64,000 nucleotides of DNA from Myxococcota bacterium. Its GTDB lineage: Bacteria > Myxococcota > XYA12-FULL-58-9 > JALHOP01. The stretch covers positions 1 through 64,000 of the forward strand of contig JBGGMJ010000099.1 of NCBI GenBank assembly GCA_041288095.1, written 5' to 3'. A program made the position numbers and the translations under genes. The notes under the pieces are model-generated. The model ran no database searches and was not told where the DNA came from. It saw nothing but the letters and a program-made list of their open reading frames with translations. Shown piece after piece: positions 53,371 through 61,333 of this stretch. The stretch's first letter is position 1; the number at the start of each line of letters is the position of its first letter.

Positions 53371-56300
53371 ATGTTGCTGCGCTACGCGCGCGTCTTGGCG
53401 TCACTGTCGTTGCTCATCGCGTGCTCTCAGCCCAAGCCCACACCCACGCCGGAGTCGAAAGACGTGATGCCTAGCTCGTCGCCCGCGCCCGCCGCGCCCG
53501 AGGACGTCGAAGAGAACGGACTCACCTGGTCGATTCGCGAGACCGAAAGCACCGTGCCGGCGCCCGAGGCCGGTGTCCACGCGCCCACCAAGCCCCTCGA
53601 CGCCAAGGACGCCGAGAAGGTGTTGGCCCGCTTGCCGAAGCTCGAGGCCGAGCCCGGCGCCGCCCAAGCCTTCGCGCTCCGCGGCCCGTCGCTCAAGCCA
53701 CCGACCAGCGGCTCGACCACGACTCTACCGTTCCCGCAGCCCGAGAAGGCGCCGACCGCGAAGCCTAAAGCCCCGGTCGTTCCCATCAGGGTGAGTCGCT
53801 ACGCACCGACCGGCGAGGTGCCGATCGCGGCCCAGGTGGGCGTCACGTTTTCGCAGCCGATGATCGAGGTCTCGACCGTCGACCAAGCGAACGCAAAGGT
53901 GCCGGTGAAGCTCTCGCCGGTGGTGGAAGGTAACTGGCGCTGGATGGGCACGCAGACCTTGGTGTTCGCTCCAGCGGTCAGGCTGCCGATGGCGACGGCG
54001 TTCACCGCCGAGATCCCCAAGGGGACGAAGTCCGTCAACGGCGGCGTGCTCGCTGAAGCGGTCAAGTGGACCTTCGCGACGGCGCCGCTCACGCTGCAAT
54101 CCTCCGCGCCCCGGGATGATAGCGGCGTACAGCTCCAGCCTCTCGTCTTCCTCGGCTTCGACCAGAAGATCGATCCCAAGAGAGTCTTCGATTTCGTCGA
54201 CATGAAAGCCGGCAGGTCGAGCGTCGCCATCCGCCGCGCCAGCGACGAGGAGATCGCCGCCGACAACATGATGCCTTCGTACGTCCGCTCCTCCGAGCCC
54301 GGCCGCTACCTCGTCATCAAGTCCGAACAGCAGCTGCCCAAAGCGACCAAGATCACCGTCACGTTACAGAAGGGCGCCCCCTCGGCCGAGGGGCCACTCA
54401 CGACCAAGGCGCCGCAGAGCTTTGGTTTCACCACCTATGGCTCCTTCAAGTTCCAGGAAGGGACCTGCTGGAGCGACCAGTGCCGTCCCGACTCACCGCT
54501 GGTCATGCGCTTCAGCAACTCCATCGATTCGGCCTCGTACAAGGATTCGATGGTCAGCGTCGAACCCGCTATCGCGGATCAGCAGCTCGTTCTCTCCGGC
54601 AACCAAATCCAGGTGAACGGCAAGAAGAAGTCGCGCACCAAGTACACCGTCACGCTCCAAGGCGCGCTGCGCGACATCTACGGCCAAGAGCTCGAAGGCA
54701 AGGCCAAGCACACCTTCGACATCGGCGACGCCTGGCCACGCTTGCAGCTCGCGCGCGACGGCTTCGTCACCATGACGCCGGAGTCGCCGCGCATCGACGT
54801 GATCTCCGCCGGTCAGCCGACGGTGCACGTGGCGCTGTACAAGGTGCAACCCTCGGACTGGGCGGCATACACCGAGTTCTCGGGTCAGCTGTACCACAAT
54901 AGCGGACCGAAGGCTCCCGGCAAGCTGATCAGCGAAGGCGACGTGAAGGTCGCCGGCAGCCCCGACGACCTCGTGGCCACTCCCATCGATCTGACGCCGG
55001 GCCTCGACAAGGGCAGGGGCACCGTCGTCGTCGTCGTGAGCGGCAAGCGCCAGTATCGCTCGGACCTCTCTCGCGTCGCCGCTTGGGTGCAGGTGACGCC
55101 GATGGGGCTCGATGCCTTCAGCGACGCCACCGACCTCGTCGCTTGGGTGACCGATCTGAAGACCGGCACGCCGATCTCCGGCGCCGCCGTCGAGCTCGTG
55201 CCCACCAAGGTGACCGCCAAGACCGACAGCGACGGCGTCGCCAAGCTCACGATGACGCCCTCGAACAACGACTACCGCCAACGCATGCTGGTGGCGCGCC
55301 ACGGCGACGATAGCGTCATGCTGCCGAACGGCAACTGGTACTCCCAGCCGCGGGGCACGGGTTATCTCACCTGGGTCACCGACGACCGCGGTATGTACAA
55401 GCCGGGCGAAACCGCGAGCTTCAAGGGCTTCGTGCGCCGCCTCTCCGCGGCGAAGAACGCCAGCATCGAAGCGGCGAGCGTCAAGGAGCTCAAGTACGAG
55501 GTGAATGACCCGCGCGGCAGCAAGATCGCCGAGGGCACCTTCAAGCTGTCGGCGCTCGGCGGCTTCGACTTCTCCGTGAAGCTCCCCGACAACGCGAACC
55601 TCGGCCAAGCCATGGTCTACTTCAAGGACGGCACTGACCATGTCGGCTACCACCACTTCGACATCCAGGAGTTTCGCCGACCGGAGTTCGAGGTGTCCGC
55701 CAGCGTGAACGACGGCGTCCACGTCATCGGTCAAGCGCAGAGCGCGACCGTCAAAGCGGCCTATTACGCGGGTGGCGCGCTCACCGGCGCTCCGGTCAAC
55801 TGGATGGTGACCTCGTCGCGCGCGAGCTTTACGCCTCCGGGCCGCGACAGCTTCATCTTCGGCACCTGGAAGCCGTGGTGGTATTTCCACCACTACGAAG
55901 AGCGCGACCAGCTGGTGTCGACGCAGATCAGCGGCACCACCGATACGGCAGGCAAGCACAGCATCGCCATCGAGCCGAAGAGCATCAAACCCGCGTCGGC
56001 GGTGAGCATCGAAGCGCAGGCTAGCGTCACCGACGTGAACCGCCAGACTTGGTCGGCGCGCGCCACCATGCTGGTGCACCCGGCGACCACTTACGTCGGC
56101 GTGAAGCCCGAGCGCATGTTCGTCGAGCCGGGTAAGCCCGCGAGCTTCGACATCATCGCGGTCGACCTCGACGGCAAGGCCGAGAAGGACCGCAAGGTGC
56201 GCATCGAGATCGAGCGCAACGCGACGCGCGTCGAGAACGGTCAATGGCACGAAGAAGTAGTGCGCGAGGCCGACGAGACGGTCAGCACCAAGGACACGCC

Positions 56301-59300
56301 GTTCAATTGGACCTTCAAGCCCAAGGAAGGCGGGCGTCATCGTCTCCAGTTCACGGTGACCGACGCGCAGGGCCGCGCCAACCGGACCGAGCTGACGCTT
56401 TGGGTCTCGGGCGAGAAGCGCCCGCCGGTCAACGAGGTGAAACACGACGAGGTGACGCTCATCCCCTCGAAGAAGACCTACGAGCCCGGCGACACCGCCG
56501 AGGTGCTCGTGCAGTCGCCGTTCGCGGAGGCGTCGGGCATCGTCCTCGTCGAGCGCAACGGCGTGCTCTCGACCGAGCGTATTCACATCAAGGACAGCTC
56601 GGCGATCGTTAAGCTACCAATCAAGGAAGCGCACGCGCCGAACGTACACCTCGCGGTCGAGCTCACCGGCTCCGTGGACGCTCCGAACGGCAAGGGGAAG
56701 CGCCCGGCCTACGCGAGCGGCGCCCTCGACCTCGCGGTCTCGACCAAACACCTGGCGCTGACCGTCGACGTGGTGCCCGCGTCACGCGGCCTCGAGCCGG
56801 GCAGCACCACCGAAGTAAGCGCCATCATCAAGGACGGGCGCGGTAAGCCCGTCGACGGCGCCGAGGTGACCATCATCGTCGTCGACGAAGCGGTGCTCGC
56901 TCTCTCCGGGTTCACCTTGAAAGACCCGCTGGCGCTGATGACGCCGCACCGGGAGCGCGACGTCTCCAATACCTATATCCGCGATAGCGTTGTGCTGGCG
57001 CGCGTCGAAGCCGAAGAAGACATGGAGGAGAAGTCCAAGGAGGCCATGGCCGACGGCATGGAGATGCCGGCGCCGGCGATGATGATGGCCCAAGCGCCGG
57101 CGAAGCGTATGCGCGCGAAGGCCGAAGCGCCCGGCGAGCCCGAACAACAGATCGCCGTACGCAAGGACTTCTCCGCGCTCGCGGCCTTCGTGCCGAAGCT
57201 CACCAGCAACGGCGCCGGCAAGGTCACCACGACCGTGAAGCTCCCCGACAACCTGACGCGTTACCGGGTCATGGCGGTCGCGGCCGGGTCGGTGAGCCAG
57301 TTCGGCAAGGGCGAGTCGACGATCACGGCGCGCCTGCCGCTCATGGTGCGCCCGTCGGCGCCGCGCTTCCTCAACTTCGGCGATAGCTTCGAGCTTCCCG
57401 CGGTCGTGCACAATCAGACCGAGCAGGCGATGGACGTCGACGTCGTGGCCCGTGCCGTGAATCTCGAGCTTGCGCAAGCCGGCTTTCGCGTGCGGGTCGA
57501 GCCGGGCCAGCGTGTCGAGGTGCGCTTCCCAGCGAAGACGGTGTCCGCTGGAACGGCCCGCTTCCAGATTGGCGCCGCCAGCGGCAAGGCCGCCGACGCG
57601 GCCGACGTGTCCATCAAGGTGTGGACGCCAGCGACCACCGAGTCGTTCGCGACCTACGGTGTTCTCGACGGTAACGGCGTCATCGCTCAACCCATCGCCG
57701 CTCCAGCCGACGTCTTCCCGCAAGCCGGCGGCTTGAAGGTGAGCACTGCTTCGACGGCGTTGCAGTCGCTGACCGACGCGGTGGTTTATCTGTCGAGCTA
57801 CCCCTACGCCTGTACCGAGCAGCTCTCGTCGCGTGTCTTGGGCCTGACCGCGATGAAAGACGTGCTCGCGGCCTTTCACGCCGATGGGGTGCCGACGCCC
57901 AAGGAGCTCGCCGCCAGCGTCGATGCCGACCTCGCGACCCTCGCGACGCGGCAGGCGGGTAGCGGCGGCTTCGGCTTCTGGGGTCACGACAGGGTCTCAC
58001 CGTATGCATCGATCCACGCGGCGCATGCGCTGCTGCGCGCAAAGGGCGCGGGGTTCGCGGTCAATAAGGACGTGCTGACACGGGCCTTGAAGTATCTGCA
58101 GGTCATCGAGAAGGATCTCGGCGACTACCCAGAGGCGGCGCGGCAAGTCGTCATCGCCTACGCCTTGGCCGTGCGCGCTCGCGCCGGCGACGTCGACATC
58201 AAGCGCGCGAACGAGCTGGTCAACAAGGCGGGGGTCAAGAAGGTCGCGGTCGAAGCCGCCGGCAACCTCTTGGTCGTCGCCAAGCGCGGATCGGACAACC
58301 GGCTCGCGGCCAACCTCATCGGCGAGCTCGAGCGTCGGGTCACCGAGACGGCATCGAGCGCTCACTTCGTCACGCACTACGATGACGGCGCCCATCTCAT
58401 CTTGGCCTCCGACCGGCGCTCCGATGCGGTGGTGCTGGGCGGTCTTCTCGAGGCCCAAGCAAGCAGTGACCTCGTTCCCAAAGTGGTGCGTGGCCTCCTC
58501 GACGCGCGCAAAAAGGGCCGCTGGTACACGACCCAAGAGAACGTCTTCGTGCTGCTCGCCCTCGGCGACTACTTCCAGGCCTTCGAAAAACAGACACCGG
58601 AGTTCGTGGCGCGCATGTGGCTCGGCGATGACTACGCCGGCGAGGTGCCGTTCCACGGTCGCGACACGGTGACCCGTGAGCTCGAGGTGCCGATGGAGCA
58701 GCTGGTGTCGGCGGGCAAGCAGCTCACGGTGCAGAAGCAGGGGGTGGGCCGCCTCTACTACCGCATCGGTCTCGACTACGCGCCGAAGTCGCTCGAGCTC
58801 GCTGCCCGCGATGCCGGCTTCCAGGTGCAACGCACGTACGAGCCCGTCGACGGGCCCGACACCGTGAAGCGCGACGCCGACGGCACCTGGCGCGTCAAAT
58901 CCGGCGCTCGCGTGCGCGTGAAGCTGGAGATGGTCGTGCCTGCCGTCCGCTATCATGTGGCGTTGGTCGATCCGATGCCCGCGGGCTTCGAAGCGGTAAA
59001 CGGCGCCTTGGCGGTCAGCGAGCGTGTTCCCGAGGAAGACGAGAGCGTCGAGGAAGAGCGTCCGCTCCAGCGGTCACGTGGGTACCGTCACTTCTGGTGG
59101 CGCTCGCATTGGTACGAGCACCAGAACCTGCGCGACGAGCGTGTCGAAGCCTTCGGCACCGAGGTCTGGGCCGGTGTTCACACGTACAGCTACGTTGCGC
59201 GCGCCACGACCCCGGGCACCTACGTCGTGCCGCCGACCAAGGCCGAGGAGATGTACGCGCCCGAGACTTTCGGACGCTCGGCGAGCACCAAGGTGATCGT

Positions 59301-59307
59301 CGAGTAG
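53371..59307 (+). CDS. Bacterial alpha-2-macroglobulin-family lipoprotein with N-terminal Ig-like domains
   Basis: LLIAC lipobox; TDDRGMYKPGE, EFRRPEF, VVDEAVL, LPDNLT, thioester YPYACTEQ, TTQEN and AEEMYAPE. Confidence 0.94.
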   Translation: MLLRYARVLASLSLLIACSQPKPTPTPESKDVMPSSSPAPAAPEDVEENGLTWSIRETESTVPAPEAGVHAPTKPLDAKDAEKVLARLPKLEAEPGAAQAFALRGPSLKPPTSGSTTTLPFPQPEKAPTAKPKAPVVPIRVSRYAPTGEVPIAAQVGVTFSQPMIEVSTVDQANAKVPVKLSPVVEGNWRWMGTQTLVFAPAVRLPMATAFTAEIPKGTKSVNGGVLAEAVKWTFATAPLTLQSSAPRDDSGVQLQPLVFLGFDQKIDPKRVFDFVDMKAGRSSVAIRRASDEEIAADNMMPSYVRSSEPGRYLVIKSEQQLPKATKITVTLQKGAPSAEGPLTTKAPQSFGFTTYGSFKFQEGTCWSDQCRPDSPLVMRFSNSIDSASYKDSMVSVEPAIADQQLVLSGNQIQVNGKKKSRTKYTVTLQGALRDIYGQELEGKAKHTFDIGDAWPRLQLARDGFVTMTPESPRIDVISAGQPTVHVALYKVQPSDWAAYTEFSGQLYHNSGPKAPGKLISEGDVKVAGSPDDLVATPIDLTPGLDKGRGTVVVVVSGKRQYRSDLSRVAAWVQVTPMGLDAFSDATDLVAWVTDLKTGTPISGAAVELVPTKVTAKTDSDGVAKLTMTPSNNDYRQRMLVARHGDDSVMLPNGNWYSQPRGTGYLTWVTDDRGMYKPGETASFKGFVRRLSAAKNASIEAASVKELKYEVNDPRGSKIAEGTFKLSALGGFDFSVKLPDNANLGQAMVYFKDGTDHVGYHHFDIQEFRRPEFEVSASVNDGVHVIGQAQSATVKAAYYAGGALTGAPVNWMVTSSRASFTPPGRDSFIFGTWKPWWYFHHYEERDQLVSTQISGTTDTAGKHSIAIEPKSIKPASAVSIEAQASVTDVNRQTWSARATMLVHPATTYVGVKPERMFVEPGKPASFDIIAVDLDGKAEKDRKVRIEIERNATRVENGQWHEEVVREADETVSTKDTPFNWTFKPKEGGRHRLQFTVTDAQGRANRTELTLWVSGEKRPPVNEVKHDEVTLIPSKKTYEPGDTAEVLVQSPFAEASGIVLVERNGVLSTERIHIKDSSAIVKLPIKEAHAPNVHLAVELTGSVDAPNGKGKRPAYASGALDLAVSTKHLALTVDVVPASRGLEPGSTTEVSAIIKDGRGKPVDGAEVTIIVVDEAVLALSGFTLKDPLALMTPHRERDVSNTYIRDSVVLARVEAEEDMEEKSKEAMADGMEMPAPAMMMAQAPAKRMRAKAEAPGEPEQQIAVRKDFSALAAFVPKLTSNGAGKVTTTVKLPDNLTRYRVMAVAAGSVSQFGKGESTITARLPLMVRPSAPRFLNFGDSFELPAVVHNQTEQAMDVDVVARAVNLELAQAGFRVRVEPGQRVEVRFPAKTVSAGTARFQIGAASGKAADAADVSIKVWTPATTESFATYGVLDGNGVIAQPIAAPADVFPQAGGLKVSTASTALQSLTDAVVYLSSYPYACTEQLSSRVLGLTAMKDVLAAFHADGVPTPKELAASVDADLATLATRQAGSGGFGFWGHDRVSPYASIHAAHALLRAKGAGFAVNKDVLTRALKYLQVIEKDLGDYPEAARQVVIAYALAVRARAGDVDIKRANELVNKAGVKKVAVEAAGNLLVVAKRGSDNRLAANLIGELERRVTETASSAHFVTHYDDGAHLILASDRRSDAVVLGGLLEAQASSDLVPKVVRGLLDARKKGRWYTTQENVFVLLALGDYFQAFEKQTPEFVARMWLGDDYAGEVPFHGRDTVTRELEVPMEQLVSAGKQLTVQKQGVGRLYYRIGLDYAPKSLELAARDAGFQVQRTYEPVDGPDTVKRDADGTWRVKSGARVRVKLEMVVPAVRYHVALVDPMPAGFEAVNGALAVSERVPEEDESVEEERPLQRSRGYRHFWWRSHWYEHQNLRDERVEAFGTEVWAGVHTYSYVARATTPGTYVVPPTKAEEMYAPETFGRSASTKVIVE

Positions 59308-60111
59308 TTAGAAGGGGCGGTGGGTCATGCTCCACTGCTGCCAGAGCGCGACATAGTCGTTGTTGTCGAGGCCGCTGGCACGGACGCCTGAGTGGAGCGC
59401 GCGGGTGCGCTCCGCCATGGCGTCGGCGAGCGGACCTTCCGTGATGCCCAGACGACCGCGCAGGCTTTCGGGCACGGGGCGACCACGAGCCTCCAGGCGC
59501 TTCACCAGTGCATCGCGGTCCGCGGTCATGATTCGGCCGACCGCCGCCTCTTGTACGCTGCCGGCGAAAGCCGCCGTCGCCATCGCCCCGTAGCCCAGGC
59601 TCGTGTCGATCTCTCGGTCGAGCTGCCGCACGGTTTGGTCGCCGAGCGCCGCCTGGACACCCGGGCTCACGAGTAGCTCGCGCAGGTCGAGATAGGCGCG
59701 AACGCCGGTGCGAAGCGTCGCAAGCGGCGCCGGCTCGTAGGCGATGCGGCCGTTCGTGAGCGCGGGGAGCTGCGAGCCGAGGTCGGTCGTCGCGACTTGC
59801 TGCTCGTACTGCTTGAAACGGAGCTGGCCCCGGCGCAAATGCAGCTCGTGGTCCGGATGCAAGGCGCCGGTCGAGGTGCGGCGCAATGGCTCCAGGAGGT
59901 CGGCGGCACTAGCGAAGGCCCCGCGACCTTCGTGGATGCTCGCGAGGTTCCAGCGGGCGCGGTAGGCGGTATCGACGGTGTCGCTGACGGTCGGGCTCGC
60001 CGCGATGACCTCCTCGTAGCCGCGCTCGGCGGCCTCGAGCTCGCCGCGCTGATGGGCGTCTCGCGCGGCATCGAAGGTCGCTTGCGGGGTCGCGGTTTTC
60101 ACCGAGGTCAT
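59308..60111 (-). CDS. Hypothetical TPR-like protein
   Basis: HQRGELEAAERGYEEVI and ARWNLASIHEGRG helical-hairpin pattern. Confidence 0.7.
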   Translation of the reverse strand: MTSVKTATPQATFDAARDAHQRGELEAAERGYEEVIAASPTVSDTVDTAYRARWNLASIHEGRGAFASAADLLEPLRRTSTGALHPDHELHLRRGQLRFKQYEQQVATTDLGSQLPALTNGRIAYEPAPLATLRTGVRAYLDLRELLVSPGVQAALGDQTVRQLDREIDTSLGYGAMATAAFAGSVQEAAVGRIMTADRDALVKRLEARGRPVPESLRGRLGITEGPLADAMAERTRALHSGVRASGLDNNDYVALWQQWSMTHRPF

Positions 60112-60213
60112 GTGCCGATTATGGCAAAGCGCGCGGTTTTTGGGTACCCCGAGGGTCCTGACACGGTTACGGGGCTTGCCTCTTCACCGGCCCATGCCTA
60201 CGATGCGCGCCGA

Positions 60214-60450
60214 ATGATTGAGCCGAGCGAGATCGAGCGCCGCATCCGTGAAGTCCTCCCCGACGCCAAAATTAGCGTCGAAGACCTCACTGGCGGCAAA
60301 GATCACTACCAGGTGCACATCGTCAGCAAGGCCTTCGAGGGCCTCATGCCGCTGAAGCGCCACCGCTTGGTGTACGAGCCATTCAGGGACGTAATCGGTG
60401 GACCGCTGCACGCGCTCACCCTCACGACCAAAACCCCCGACGAGACGTAG
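60214..60450 (+). CDS. bolA: BolA-family protein
   Basis: DHYQVHIVSKAFEG...RHRLVY...LHALTL; adjacent to grxD. Confidence 0.92.
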   Translation: MIEPSEIERRIREVLPDAKISVEDLTGGKDHYQVHIVSKAFEGLMPLKRHRLVYEPFRDVIGGPLHALTLTTKTPDET

Positions 60451-60462
60451 TAGGAGTACCCC

Positions 60463-60789
60463 ATGGCCCGCGACCTCAACGCCGAGATCGAACAGCAAGT
60501 GAAGGACAACAAGGTAGTGCTCTACATGAAGGGCACGCCCACCTTCCCGATGTGTGGCTTTTCCGCCGCCGCCGTGGCCGTGCTCGAGGACATCGGCGCC
60601 GAGTTCAAGGCGGTGAACATCCTCGAGGACCAAGAGATCCGCGAGGCCATCAAGAGCTACTCCGATTGGCCGACCATTCCGCAGCTTTACGTCGCCGGTG
60701 AGTTCATCGGTGGCTCCGACATCATGCGTGATTTGCACTCTAAAGGTGAGCTCGCGGGCATCATCGCGAAAGCCACCGGAAAAGGTTGA
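60463..60789 (+). CDS. grxD: Monothiol glutaredoxin Grx4
   Basis: MKGTP..PMCGFS, WPTIPQLY and GGSDI. Confidence 0.95.
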   Translation: MARDLNAEIEQQVKDNKVVLYMKGTPTFPMCGFSAAAVAVLEDIGAEFKAVNILEDQEIREAIKSYSDWPTIPQLYVAGEFIGGSDIMRDLHSKGELAGIIAKATGKG

Positions 60790-61313
60790 TTGCTTTGCGC
60801 CGACTATTGCTCGCGGCCTTGTTGATTCTTGCCCTGCCGCGTGACGCGTTCGCTTTAGCGGATTCACGCAATCTCAACGGCCACTTCGGTCTGGGCTTCC
60901 AGATCGGCGCGCCCTTCGCGATCACGGGTAAGTACTGGCTCTCGAAAGAGCAGGCGTTGCAGGCCTATATCGGCACCTTCGGCCGCGGCTGGAACGCGGT
61001 GGGCGCCGATTGGGTCTACGAGTTCGCGCACGTCAGTCCGGGCGCGCCGGTGCACTTCGGCTTCCACATCGGCGTCGGCGGCATCATCGCTTTCGGCGAC
61101 GGTGACTGCTTCGATACCTGGGGCCGCAACCGCTGCCGCTTCGACGACAACGACGATGACATCGGGGTCGGCGTGCGCATGCCCATCGCGGCTAACATGT
61201 ATTTCAACAAGGTGCCGATCGAGGTCTACCTCGAGCTCGCCCCGGTGTTCATCGTGGTGCCCGGGTTCGCCGGCGATTTGCTCGCTGGATTGGGCGGGCG
61301 CTTCTACTTCTAG
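60786..61313 (+). CDS. Small outer-membrane beta-barrel protein (DUF3996-like)
   Basis: Signal peptide; FGLGFQIGAP, EVYLELAP and C-terminal GGRFYF. Confidence 0.75.
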   Translation: MIALRRLLLAALLILALPRDAFALADSRNLNGHFGLGFQIGAPFAITGKYWLSKEQALQAYIGTFGRGWNAVGADWVYEFAHVSPGAPVHFGFHIGVGGIIAFGDGDCFDTWGRNRCRFDDNDDDIGVGVRMPIAANMYFNKVPIEVYLELAPVFIVVPGFAGDLLAGLGGRFYF

Positions 61314-61333
61314 TGCCTTAGGTTCCCGGTACG

